NCBI RefSeq assembly: GCF_001194135.2
Contig: NC_068996.1
Coordinates: 56,868,960-56,932,959 of the forward strand
From: Octopus bimaculoides
Taxonomy: Eukaryota
Direction: 5' to 3'
Length of the DNA: 64,000 nucleotides
The notes under the pieces were generated by a model. The model was not told where the DNA came from, made no database searches, and worked only from the letters and a program-made list of their open reading frames with translations. Positions 25,831 to 38,529 of this stretch are shown here, piece after piece (position 1 is the first letter of the stretch; each line of letters begins with the position of its first letter). A program made the position numbers and the translations under genes.

Positions 25831-26651
25831 GAGAGCTTTGAGAAGTAAAATAATAATAATAATAATGGAGGTGGTGGTGGCAGTGGGTATGATTTCTTTA
25901 TTAGCCACAAGAACTCAAAGAAAACAGAAAATACAAAAACAGAAATACAAACAATTTGAGGTGTTTACATAGTTTGTGTGAAAAAGACTGATAAGAAAAA
26001 TCAACAAATAACAACAAAATTCCTCAGTAGGAACAAGAGGTACTGAGGGCAGGAAAAAATCCCCATAGGAACTCAGTGACTTTGACCATCAAGAGCAAGT
26101 ACCTTTTCTCATCTGTAATTTCTGGGCCTACAAAAGCATAGTTTGAGTAGGTTCTGTTAACTTGTACCAAATGCACCACTGCTATCAACATATTTACAGG
26201 AGGTGGGCAACATCTCTCTTTTTAGAATGCTGCTTTTCATTTGCTATTCTTTTCCACTTCTTTTACACCAAATCTATCACCAATGGAGCAACTTCACGAT
26301 TTGCCCACCATATTAGTCCACTCTATTGAATATTGTCTATTATATTTTTTACGTGCTTAGTCTAGAGGAAGGATCAGTGGCCATAGCCTTCACAAGCCTT
26401 CCTTGACTACTGAGATGGGTGTTATTAGTGTTTCTCTTTAACCTTTGTAAGTCAACAACTGTGAGAAAGATACAAGCAGGAAGGGAAGTCTAGAGGGATA
26501 ATACTCAGGGGAAGAAGGAGCTGACATAGTGATTAGTACTGACCCAAGGAGTTGGTTGGACACAGCAAAAGAGGAGGAGGAGGAATGAGTAGGATAGGAG
26601 TACCAGAATAGAGGTAGTATCAGTTTGGCCAGACAAGTCATTATCCTAGTA

Positions 26652-27941
26652 TTAGATTGTCAAGAAAGTTCTTGCAGTTTTTAACCTTTAAATTCAGATG
26701 CATATATCTTGGCTCAAACAAAACTTTATTAATCGAAATAAACACCATCAGAATCAACACATTTTTGCCAATGCGGAACAAGTTTATTTATGCCAGTAGC
26801 ATAAAAATCCTGCATTCTGGTGGCGATGTAGTCGTTGAAGGCGTGTTTTGCATCGTCTTGGTTTTTGAAGTATCTCTCATGCAGGAAATTGTCGAGATGC
26901 TTGAAAAAGTGGTAGTCAGTAGGCAAGAGGTCTGGTGAGTATGGCGGATGAGGCAGGGTTTCATAGCCCAATTCATTCAACTTCTGCAGGGTCAGTTGTG
27001 CGACGTGCGGCCGAACGTTATCGTGGAGAAGAATTGGTCCTTTTCTATTGACCAATGCTGGCTGTTGTTGTCAGAGTTTCTTATGCATTTCCTCCATTTG
27101 CTGACAGTACTTCTCCGCCATAATGGTTTCGCCTGGATCCAAAAAGCTGTGATGGATGAGACCAGCTGCAGACCACCAAACAGTCACCATGATCTTCTTT
27201 TGGTGTAACTTTGGCTTCGGGAAGTGCTGTGGAGCTTCGTTGGCATCCAACCACTGAGCTGAGCATTGCCGGTTGTCATAAAGAATCCACTTTTCATCGC
27301 AAGTTACAATCCGGTCGAGAAACAGGTCGTTCTTGTTGCGTAAAAGAAGGGAAGACAACACTACAAAACGGCGTTTTTCTTTTTTGGTTGTCATTCAATT
27401 TGTGTGGCACCCATTTCTCAAGTATTTTTGTTTTTGCAATCTCTTTCTAGGGGTTGGAAATTATCGTATACGTTACATCTAATTCAGAAGCAAGCTGTCG
27501 AACAGTTGTGCATGGATTGACTTCGACTAAGGTTCTTAGTTGATTGTTGCCAACATCCGATGGCCAACCACTATGCTTATCATCTTCAAGACTCTCGTCA
27601 CTGCTACAAAATTTCTTGAACCACCATTGTGCTGTGCGTTCATTAGTGGTTCCTGGGCCAAATGCTTTGTTGATATCGCGAGCAGTTTCAGCATCTTTTC
27701 AGCCTAGCTTGAACTGGAATAAGAAAATTGTGCGAATTTGCTTTTTGTTCATGTTGCATTCAACGTTCCAGAAAAAATGGACTAATTATTCAAAAAGAAA
27801 AAGAGTAACACGATTAGATAGAGCGAAAAACGGGCTTTAAAATGATATATAAAGTCAAAGTAATTTAACAAGAATTAATTTGAAAATACATCATTTAAAT
27901 CTAAAATTAAAAATTCCGCAAGAACTTTCTTGACAACCTAA
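26652..27941 (-). mobile_element. Full-length (1290 bp) decayed mariner, DD34D, Hsmar1-like
   Basis: TA-flanked TIRs ttagattgtcaagaaagttcttgc / RC ttaggttgtcaagaaagttcttgc. WVPHKL, TCDEKW, HDNVRPH and YSPDLLPTDY motifs, with 34 residues between D2 and D3. Confidence 0.95.
26729..27752 (-). pseudogene. Mariner transposase pseudogene (about three in-frame stops and one frameshift)
   Basis: Start MNKKQIRTIFLFQFKLG*KDAETARDINKAFGPGTTNERTAQWWFKKF, continued by track ORFs 27071-27394 and 26729-27055. Confidence 0.9.
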
Positions 27942-28030
27942 TAGTAGACTAAGCAGAGAGAAGAGACAGCAAAGATATGACTCGGAGGCTGGATGATTGG
28001 ATGATGTGCGTGTGTGTGCATGTGTGTGTG

Positions 28031-28070
<40 letters not shown>

Positions 28071-29158
28071 CGTGTGTGACTGCGAATCATTTGGGTAGCT
28101 CTTTTTTGGAGTGTAATTTAAAAGGCCTCTGTGTTTGCAATAGCAACACTGTCCCAATTGTGAGAGCAATCTACCATTGTGGGTCTCATTTGTACTTTAT
28201 AGAGTATCAATAATTATTGGATTTGAAGTATCTTCTGACCCTAGAACACAATGGCCAGTCATTAAGATGTGATCTTAGTTATATGTACTGAGAAATTCTT
28301 CTACAAAATAAATATTGATTTCTAGCATAGACACAAGGTTGCTCATTTTGATGGTTGGAAGGGTTTATTGGATTGAATTAACCTAAATCATGACTGGTAC
28401 TTCATTTTATCAATCCAAAAAGGATGAAAAATAAAGTTGACTGTTGCAGGATTTGAACTCAGAACATGAAAGGTTATGACTAAATGCCACAAGACATTTA
28501 GTTGTGCAAATTACTGATTCCTTCATCCACCACACTGAATAACAAGAATAGTAACGATGATATTAATAATGATTTATTACTCTGGCAAGGGGCCACCCAC
28601 ATATTTATGGGGGGGGGGGGGGCTCGAGTTAGAGTAGATTAAATTGACTTCAGTAGACAGTTTGGACTATTATTTTATTGACCCCAGAGGGATGAAAGAC
28701 AACATTAGTACCCATGGGATTTGAACTTAGATCCAAGTAAATATTACAAAGCGTTTAGACCAGTGCTCCATCATAATGCCAATAAAAAAAAATAATGAAG
28801 CCAATATAATCATAAAAACAATGGTTGAACTGACAGTACTTATGATAGCAATGATGATGATGATGATGATATTAGTATTGATGATAATGATGGTGATGAT
28901 AGTAATGATGAGGATGGTAATGAGTTGATGATGATAGTGATGGTGATGATAATGATGATTGTGGTAATGATAGCGGGGGTGGAGGTTATGATTTCTAACT
29001 TTGGCTCAAGATTATAAATTCTGGAGGTGGAGATGTTGATTATTTAATTTAAAACTCCAAAGCTGGATCTGAACTCTCTGCATAAAACCATGTAATTAAA
29101 TACCATAAAGAATTTTTCCTGGTAATCTATGATTCACTCACTGATAGTCCCTGATCTA

Positions 29159-29159
29159 A

Positions 29160-29240
<81 letters not shown>

Positions 29241-29392
29241 ATGATTATGATGATGGTGATGATTATGATGATTATGACGATGGTGATGATGATGATGATG
29301 ATGATGACGACGACGATGATAAATGGTGATGATGATGATGATGATGACGACGACGACGATGATAAATGGTGATGATGATGATGATAAATGGT
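29159..29392 (+). repeat. (GAT)n/(GAC)n microsatellite
   Basis: Direct reading. Confidence 0.95.
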
Positions 29393-29499
29393 GATGGTGA
29401 TAATAAAAGTAATAGTTTAGACAAAACAAACAAAACCACACAAAAAATCCCCAGAAATCTAGTTGCAACATTCTGAAACGACCTCCACCACTACACCTC

Positions 29500-29830
29500 C
29501 TCACACACACAAAGCTGATATAGATGGAATATACCTACCCCCATACACAGTAAGGGTGGGTCTAATACAAATAGGGACTTACTGCAAAGTAAAAACAGTA
29601 GAAGCAATGAAACAGAATCTGATAAATGTAATAAAAGAACATGAAGAAGAACAATTTCTTCTTTTATATTTAAGGAAACAATGAAGTTGGAACTAAAAAG
29701 AAGTGGAAACTAAGTATACTGAAGCAAAATAACTAAGAAGAACACAAGAGAAACTGTTAGAGGAGAACCCAACAGAATCACTACAGAATTTTAAAATAAC
29801 TGAAGGAAAAGAAAGAGAGAAAATGTAGTT
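29500..29830 (+). mobile_element. Decayed RLE LINE fragment (post-RT)
   Basis: KADIDGIYLP..VGLIQI resembles the KADIDRLYLPR..GGRGL motif. Confidence 0.5.
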
Positions 29831-29899
29831 GATGGCTAATACGTAGCAAAACTTGATTGGGGAGGAAGTGAGCAAAAGTGAATGCTAACCATGGGTTAA

Positions 29900-30310
29900 C
29901 CATGTACAGACAATCAATGACTACTCATGGATGGTGAGCTCCATGGTGAGCTCCATGGTGGGTGAGCTCCAAGCTTTCTTGACTTCCTGTCCAATTCCGT
30001 TACCACTTCCTCTGTCCACTTCAGATCAGACCACTGCAATCGCCCCATGACATTGTTGATGAAATTATGTTTTTGGCATTCAACTTTAAATCCAATATCT
30101 TCCTTAATCCCCACAGATGTTCTTTTTTGTTTTTTCTTTTCATACCATTGTGCTTAATTCCATCTGTTTCAAGTATTCCCATGCATATATATCCAAATCC
30201 AAATCCAGTTGTCTTCATCATTTCATCACTTGGTATGTCTCCTATTCTGTCAAATTTTCCTTGTCTCATCACTGTCATAGCATATTTTGAAAGTCCAAAC
30301 TTCATATCAT
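29900..30310 (-). mobile_element. RLE LINE RT fragment abutting the AAT tail of family D copy 2
   Basis: DMKFGLSKYAMTVMRQGK..YICMGILE..KILDLKLNAKNII. Confidence 0.7.
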
Positions 30311-30331
30311 TATTATTATTATCGTTATTAT

Positions 30332-31106
30332 TGAGTGAGAAAGAGCAGTGCATGCCATCAAAGTGACACTGGGGTACAAATATACGAAGCCCAGGACACC
30401 CATCATGACTACCCATCTGATAAGGGTACACCAGGCACATGCATCACAATCATATGTGCGCGACATAGTGAATCTCATATCAAGATAAACAGTGCATAAC
30501 TTCAGTTAAAATTTTCTTCAGGTCGAGTAGCCTATCCTGCTCAAAAAGTCCCTGAATAAAGGTTGTTTGAGGATGTCGAACGAAATACGCATGTTGCCAA
30601 AGGTAAATTATTCAAACCCCAAAGAATTCCTTTTAACCCATGGCTATGATGCTCCTCCACTACTTCTGCTCGTGATCAGAGATGCACCTATCATCAGCCA
30701 CCAAGGGACATGCTCAACTGGTTAAGGTCAAACAACTGACAAGCAAATCTGTGATATTAAGCAGAATATTTGCTGTAGCCCATCTTTTATACCAAAACAA
30801 AACAACATACATGATAACATTATTTACATTATTTACAATTGATGGATATTTGTCCTCATCTTGTTTGTTGTTAACACAACGTTTCGGCTGATATACCCTC
30901 CAGCCTTCAGCAGTTGTCTTGGGGAAATTTCGAACCTGGGTTCGAAATGTTGTGTTAACAACAAACAAGATGAGGACAAATATCCATTGAATGTAAATAA
31001 TATACATAATTCCTCATCACTTAAATATAGAACTATACATGATAACACTTCCAATGAGTTAAGATCAGAAGCCACAAGAGCCACTGCCTGATACTGCATC
31101 AGGGCA
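30332..31106 (-). mobile_element. Family D element copy 2, interrupted by a Penelope-like insertion
   Basis: Colinear with 23643-24146 except for the 30820-31034 insert and small indels. Confidence 0.8.
30820..31034 (-). mobile_element. 215-bp Penelope-like insertion with 13-bp TSD, ~55-bp inverted arms and a hammerhead motif
   Basis: TSD atacatgataaca at 30807-30819 and 31035-31047. Arms at 30831-30886 and 30943-31000. Minus strand CTGCTGA a ggctg..cagcc GAAA c GTT. Confidence 0.8.
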
Positions 31107-31289
31107 TTATTATTATTATTATTATTGTTAACATTTTTAATCTGCTTGTTTGATGCAATCACTTGCTGTGTCAAACCCAGTGTCTTAAAGCAAGTGAAAG
31201 TTAAGAGATATTAAACTATAACTGAAAGCTTGGGAAGGGAAAATGAGGAAGAGGAGGAAGATATAGAAATACATTCATATGATATGTTG

Positions 31290-33650
31290 ATAGGGTTTTT
31301 CTAAGGATGTGGACTTGTCAACACAATCTTTTGAATTTCTGTGAGATATGGTTCTCCTGAGATGTTGTCTATATGTTTCTGTCATCCCTATTTTTATCAT
31401 ACCTAGGGCACCCACAATAACAGGAACAGTTTTTGCTATAACCTGAAACCACTGCTATAAGATCTTTTGTGTTTCAATTTCTTTATATTTACTAAGCTTG
31501 TCAAATCTCTTTACAGGTATGTTTTTATGAGTGGGAACACTTACATCTAAGAATTTTCTTCCATCTTTAATAATTATGCCTGGTCAATTAGTCTAGATCA
31601 AGGCTGGCCAATCTGAGGCCCACAGGCCGCATGCGGCCCACAGACTTTTATCTTGCAGCTCATTTGATACTTTCTTGAAATAGGTTTATTTAAACAAACA
31701 TTTTTAAAACTTTATCTACAACTAAAAATTGTAATGAAAAGTAAAAAAGAAAGATACTACTGTTTTTGCAATGATAATATTTCATGTTGAATCAGCGATC
31801 ATTCATTATTGTAATAATAAGTATGAGAAAGCAAAATGCTTTCAATTCTCTCAGTATACTAGCAACCCTCAAACTACTTTCTGTGATTAAAATGGCCTGC
31901 AATGTAGTTCGAGTTGGCCAGGCCTGGCCTAGATCATTCTGTCAGTGTTGACTGAAAAATCCCAGATGTGACATTTCTACCTGTAACTACTGGTTCAGGA
32001 TGGCATTCAAATCAGCCAGCAGGAGTGTCGATTTTGTAATGTTTACTTATTTTCCAATTTAAATACTATCCTACCTTATCGCAGAAATGCTTGTATTCGC
32101 TTGGTGTCAGTACAGGACAGCTTGAAACAAGATGGTTTATTGTTTTGTCAAATGTGTTTCAGAATCCATTTTTGGGGTCAGTACCATTTTGAAGAGTATT
32201 AACCTGGTAATTTCTGATGAACAAGCTGCCAGTATGAAAGCCTTCAGCCTCTTCTTTCAATCCTGAACTCTTCAGCTGTCAGGTGGGTTGTTGCTTGGTC
32301 TACATTAGCATTCTGACTTTGAAGAATATATTGTCCATGCATGGATTAGTTGTCCCACCGCTCTTCAGTTTGTTTCTGCCTGTTCCTTTTAGCAGTCTGC
32401 TTGATTTGTTTTGTTTTTTCATGGCAGTGGTTTCAGGTTCTTCATCTAATTCAAAATTAATGCCAAGTTCTCTTGTGAATTTCCAAGCTTCCCTGACAAT
32501 AGAATGTGATTTCTGCTACTTTCATGCTTGCACACAAGCCACAAAATCCAGTCCTCTGCACTGGATGAGTTTCTCTTCATTCTTATGGTGGAAGCTTTGT
32601 AGCAGAGTTCTAATTGCATCTTTCATTTTCCCCAACTGTTTCTAGGTAGGTACAGATGGTCAACGTCTACCTTACGGTGGTGTATGTTCTTAGATGTTAA
32701 TAATTTTTTTGTCTTCCTGTCCAGTTGTTGCAGTTCTATAGGATTCCAGTTAATGATATTAAAACTACTGGGTGTTAGTGACTTTGATGCAGTTTTTAAA
32801 GTTAAGTTCAGTCTTCAATACAAGTCTTATTCTTCTGTGGTACTCCTTTCTTATTCCTTTCTTATTTTTTCCTTCATAGTGACATGACTTATGTCATCTC
32901 CTTCGTTTATTCCCAGGTATTTATATAAGTTTCTTGTGAGTCATATTGCTTGATGGCAGTGTTAATATTTAATTTAGTGGACATCCTTTGTCTGAGCTTG
33001 CCTCTTACAAAACAAAAACTACTTTAGCCCACTTTTCAAGGCCAAAATCCATCCGAATGTCATTGCTAAACTTTTTAGCAGTTGTTAACAGCCCTTCTAG
33101 TTCTTGGTTATTCCTTGCAAACAGCTTCATATTGTCCATGTAAAAAAGATGGTTTATCTTGTTGATAATTTTATATCTGGTGATGTTCAATTCATCTGAG
33201 AGGGATCAATGCCATGCAAAAAAGTAATGGAGAGAAAGAGTCACCATGAAAGAGGTTTCATTTGATGTTGATGCTGTTGGATTGGCTCATTCCGTTACTA
33301 TGGTTCAGAAAGAACCATGTGTTCCACTTGGCCATGTTATTTTGTAAGAATCTGGAGATGACGGGAGAGATCTTATAAGTATCAATGGTCTTGAGTATCC
33401 ATTTAAGTGGGACGCTATCAAATGCTTTCCTCTAGTCTAGCTTTGACATCTTCTGCTTTTCTTTTTGCTTCAGCAATTCTCTGAAGTCATTCTATTTATG
33501 AGCAATCGGTCTTTGCATCCGTAGGAATTTCTTTTTAACAACATTTTTGAATAGAGTTCTGTTCAAAGGAAGTGTACATTCAGTTAATATGGATGTAAGC
33601 ATCTTGTATGTAGTATTGAGATGCTATTGGTTGATAATTCTTTGGGTTTT
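31290..33650 (-). mobile_element. R4/Dong-like LINE (RT to endonuclease), decayed, interrupted by a hAT MITE
   Basis: KINHLFYMDNMKLFARNNQELEGLL..FSNDIRMDFGLEK (RT) and KFLDVSVPTHKN..KLSKYKEIE..PVIVGALG (RLE). Confidence 0.85.
31599..31926. mobile_element. 328-bp hAT (Charlie-type) MITE
   Basis: TIR caaggctggccaa / RC caggcctggccaa, subterminal ggccgcatgcggccc, 8-bp TSD gtctagat / gcctagat (NTCTAGAN target typical of Charlie elements). Confidence 0.85.
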
Positions 33651-33699
33651 TGTATCATCATCATCATCATCATTCAATTTGTATCAGGTTCATTCTTAT

Positions 33700-33985
33700 T
33701 CCTGGTAAGGGTTAATGTAAGTAGCAGGTTACTACCTAGGTAACCTTAGGTATTCACAAGTTTTCAGCAGTCTTTCAAGTGCTTAGAACCCTCCTGATAA
33801 TTTTTCCTGTCCCTAAGAGGCAAACTTTCTGTAGAAGCTTTACAGGATGTTCTATTCCTATCTCCCTCAACCATTTCTCTATGTCTTTACTCACAGTTCT
33901 TAATGCACCAATTATTATAGGCACAACCTTTACAGTTTCCATATTCCAAATTTTCACAATTTCAAATTTTAAGGGATTATATTGT
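33700..33985 (-). mobile_element. Short R4/Dong-like LINE 3' end
   Basis: YNPLKFEIVKIWNMETVKVVPIIIGALRTVSKDIEKWL..LLQKVCLLGTGKIIRRVL. Confidence 0.85.
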
Positions 33986-35792
33986 TGTACGGATAGTTGG
34001 TTGGTTTGTTCCAAATGAAACATGGAGGCAACAATGGAAATAGCTTTATGTACGAGAATGCTTCCAAGGAGGCCACATTGTTTGTTCAGTCCGCTGGCTC
34101 ATCGAGGGAACTTGCTGAACAGCCAACATTGACATGAGTGAAAGAACTACGTGCCGAAAGAGTTCTATAGCAAAGGAAGGAAAACTCTCCAGTGAGAAAT
34201 GGCGACTGTCATGCTTTATACAAACGCCAAACTGGAAGCAAAAGGAAACGTTCCATTCTAACCAATCACAGAGAATGAGACAAAAAGTGCAACAACACAA
34301 AGTCAACTGAGCCAACTTTGAAATGGAGAAATATATATTTGCATGTAAGCCAATATCAATCAAAGAACTGCTACAGTGAGCCACCGCCAGAGAATAAGCT
34401 GGTAGGTGAAATGGATGATACTATTGAGAAAAGTGTAGTATAGAAAAGATAAGGAAATAAGCATAAAATTGCCGTACATCAATAAGTAACACACAAGAGC
34501 ATGAATAAAGTTCCATAATTCTACTGGACCTGAAAATAAGTCTTACAAAAGCTTTAGAGCTCAGAGATATTATGCAAGTCACACAATCGAGGCACCTAAG
34601 AGCATTTGGCTGCTATAAGAAAAAGCAGTGCCAAAAGTTTTTGCCTGCAAATGTTGCAGTGGCAAAAAGGGTGCAGCCTGCGAGACAGTGAGTCACCTGC
34701 AGAGGCTGAAACAAGCTGTAGGTTTCAGAAAGCAACAATGAAGCATGGCAAAAGGAAAAGAAGTTCCAAATCAAGCAAAATGAATTTGGTGGTGATCAGG
34801 TACCAAACAAATAATGCATGGAATGCAACATGCTTGCAAAAAAAAAGCATTAATGAGAGGTGGTTTTTTTGTTCTGCTAGAAACATAAGAAAAACGTTCT
34901 GCCAATAATATCCAACATGTGTAGATGTGTGAATGTTATAACCGTGTGTATGGATGCATAACAAAACATCTGATTACAACATATCAAACACATGCAAAGA
35001 AAATGAGGAGAAAAGCAACAAAGTGTATAAAAAAGTATAACTGAGTTGGTTATAAACAGTCTATGCACCCCTAGGGTGGGAAATGTATGGAAGGAGCAAA
35101 ATAATCGTAACCTGGGTCATGGAAACGACTATAGTAGTGGTCACTAGTACAGTAACAATACGACAGTGCATGATGTAATTGAAGTTACTTCTTCCATGGC
35201 GTCCGTGAGATTTGTCAAATTCATAGCCTCAATCGGAAGAAGGTGAGGCTGAAGTTTTCAATCAATGGTGCTGGTCATGTCTTTAATGGGACGGTGGTCA
35301 TTGTTTCCAAGAGCATGTTCTAAGTTGGGTCCCCAATATTTAGCCAAACGGTCACCACTTTTAGTAGTCTGTAAGTGTGCCTGGTAGTTGAGCATGTGAC
35401 ACTTGGTTAAAATAAATCTTCCAGTACAGACAGTTGGTTGGTCCAAAACGAAACAACACGGAGGTGGCGATAGCAGTGCGTGCGAGAATGCTTCCAAGGA
35501 GGCCACATTGTTTGTTCAGTCCCTTGGCTCATCGAGAGAACTTACTGAGCAGCTAGCATTGACGTGAGTGAAAGAACTGTGTGTTGAGAGAGTTCTAAAG
35601 CAAAGGAAGTGAGAAATTGTGACTGTCATGCTTGATACAAATGCCAAACCAGAAACAGAAGGAAATAGTCCATTCTAACTAATTACAGAGAACGGCTCAA
35701 AAGGTACAACCACACAAAGTCAACTGAGCCAACTTTGAAATGGAGAAATTCATATTTGCATGTAAGCGAATATCAAACACAGAGCTGCTACA
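33986..35792 (-). mobile_element. Probable non-autonomous LTR retroelement: LTR-like direct repeats 33986-34375 (truncated) and ~35362-35792, ~1 kb non-coding interior
   Basis: Long colinear direct repeats both starting TGTAGCAG on the minus strand. PBS-like TGGTGACC at 35350-35357 matches the start of a tRNA-Trp-type PBS. No gag/pol ORF seen. Confidence 0.55.
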
Positions 35793-35903
35793 CCAACACT
35801 TTATCCAATGTAGATATTGACCAACTCTGCCATGTCTTAATTTACAGGTGCTAAAACTTTACACTCAGAGATTAGGTGGTCCACTGTTTTTATCATCCTT
35901 TTT

Positions 35904-36172
<269 letters not shown>

Positions 36173-37029
36173 GACAGCAAGCTGACTGAATCATTAGTAT
36201 TCTAGACAAAATGCTTAGCAACATTTTTTTCTGTCTCTTTGTTTTGAGTTCAAATTCCACTGAGAGGTTAGCTTTGCTTTTCATCCTTTTGGGAATGATA
36301 AAATAAGTAGCAGTTGAGATTTATCCCCACAAAAATTGCTGGCCTTGTGCCAAAATTTGATTATTATTATTTTATTTATTAAAAGTGTCAAATTAAATCC
36401 TTTCATTTCTCTTCAGTGTGATTTAGTGACAAGTTTCATTAAAGCTTTTGTTGATTCTAAGACAGAGTATGCCCCAGGTGCTTTTTTTTTTTTTGACAAT
36501 ATTTCTTATTTATTCATCAATTACTGTTGTTATTATTATCATTATTATTATTGTTGTTGTTGTTGATGTTATTATTATTGTTGTTGTTATTGTATTTAAC
36601 ATATGTCAAACCTTGACTATCAGGCATATTAGAATAATCAAGAACATGCTTATTCTCTGAGGGCTTCCTCCCCTCTTTTCTTCATTGTATCTCTCTCTCT
36701 CTCTCTCTTTCCTTTCTTGTTTGTCTCTCTTTTCTTTCTTTCTTTCTTTATATTTTTTATATCTTTCTGCAACCGTGCATACTTATGCGTGCATTTGTAC
36801 AAAGAAAGTTCCCTTAAAGCTGCATTGATGCCTTTATCAGGAATCATACATTTATACAATTTGTGAATCTCTTATCTGAAGTTCCTGGGACTGAAAATAT
36901 TGCAGGTTTCAGATTTTTCAGATTTTCAATTTTTTCATTTGCATTTATAAAACGTCTCAGCTTGTTGATGGATCCTAAATCTAAACACTTGATCCATCTA
37001 TACTTCATAATATAGCTTATACATATACA

Positions 37030-37500
37030 CTGGATGTAGATTTTCTTTTTCTTCTTTCGTTGTTTTCAGTCATTGGATTGCAGCCATGCTGGGGCACCAC
37101 CTTAAAGAATTTTTGTTGAAATGAATCAACTCCAGTACTTTATGCTTTTTTTTTTTTTTTAAACCTGGTAATTATTTTAATCCCCATTTGCTGAACCACT
37201 AAGTCACAGGGACATAACCATATCAATACCAATTGTCAAGCAGTGGTGGGTAACAAACACAAAGACAGACAGACACACACACACATATATACAAGCGCGC
37301 ACACACACACACACACACATATACAAGTGCACACACACACACATATGTATGTACACAATGGGCTTCTTTTAGTTTTTATCCACTCACAAAACTTTGGTCA
37401 GCCCAAAGCTATAGTAAAAGACACTTGCCCAAGGAGCCATGCAGTGGGACTGAACCTGAAACCATGTGATTTGGAAGCAAGCTTCTTACCATACACCTTA
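37030..37500 (-). mobile_element. tRNA-derived MIR/CORE-like SINE (family E, my label); other copies 41265-41385(+), 54824-55260(+), partials ~7795-7870, 12850-12985, 58905-58990
   Basis: ggtaagaagcttgc..ggttcagtcccactgc..cttgggcaagtgtctt..gaaactgaaagaagccc..ggtgctccagcatggccgca. Confidence 0.8.
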
Positions 37501-37509
37501 CATTAAGTT

Positions 37510-37810
37510 CTCACCAGTGCTGCCTGACTGGCACATAAGAAGCACCATTCAAGTATTGGGCCTCATAGAGGTAGTAACAGGAGACCAAGACCCTTGTAGT
37601 CGTGGCCAATGCTGCTAGCACGTAAAAAACACCTACTACACTTTCAGAGTGGTTGGCATTAGGAAGGGCATCCAGCCATAGAAACCTTGCCAAATCAGAT
37701 TGGAACTTGGTGCAGCCCCACCCCACCCCAGCTTACCAGTCTTTCAGTCAAACCATCCAACCCATGCCAGCATGGAAAGTAGACATTAAATGATGATGAT
37801 GATGATGAAT
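37510..37810 (+). mobile_element. SINE with RTE-type tail (family C, my label); other copies ~11855-12060(-), 15790-16000(+), 49750-50305(-), 55880-56432(+), 56455-56712(+), 61280-61335(-), 63776-64000(-)
   Basis: gcacgtaaaaaacacc..gagtggttggcattaggaagggcatccagc..tccaacccatgccagcatggaaag..taaatgatgatgat. Confidence 0.85.
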
Positions 37811-38353
37811 AGAAGAAAAATGAATCATGGTGATCACTGCTTACTGAGTTGAAGATAAATGCAGCCGCAGGCATTACAGTCAAATCCAAGGAACTGAAGA
37901 AGAACATACGTCATTGAGCTGGAAAGTTTGACAAATTAGCAGTAACCATGCATGTAGTTGTTTGTTTGTTTTTATTAATAGGTTACAGTGTGTAAAGATT
38001 TTTGTATAATAGCAAAACATGAAATTTGATTATGGAAAAATGTAAGAAATACTGAAATTATCAGCAATTATATTTGTAACACAACAATGATAATGACATG
38101 ATGCACTTAGAAGAACTTTCCCAACACTTTGTGGAATTTTCCATTTCTAGCATGTCATGGCAGCATTCAAGAACTTTTAGGTTTGAGAGGTTTTCAGATT
38201 TGGGAATTTCAAACAAAGAATTTCCAACTATATAGATTAATTCCAACTGAAATACAAACATATTATTCTTGAATCTTTGTTTGAGAAGTCACAGTTTATG
38301 AAATACTCTACAAGTTCTCTACACATAAAACTATTATGAATTTATTTTAGCTA

Positions 38354-38389
<36 letters not shown>

Positions 38390-38529
38390 CATCATCCTTC
38401 TCCTCCTCCTTCTTCTTCTTCTTCTTCTTCTATAAAAACATCTGTATACATACATTGGATTACTAGAATGTACAGATGTGCTTCACAAGGACACAGCTTG
38501 GACTATAGTCTCTTCTATGCCCTGTATCA

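Larger units (their letters stand above)
36857..38230. mobile_element. Decayed pogo/Tigger-type non-autonomous element split by two SINEs
   Basis: Left end caatttgtgaatctcttatctgaa..tttcagattttc..atctaaacac. Right end ggaattttcca..gtcatg..ttttcagatttggga..ccaacta-TA. Resembles Tigger4/MER46-type termini (from memory). Confidence 0.5.
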
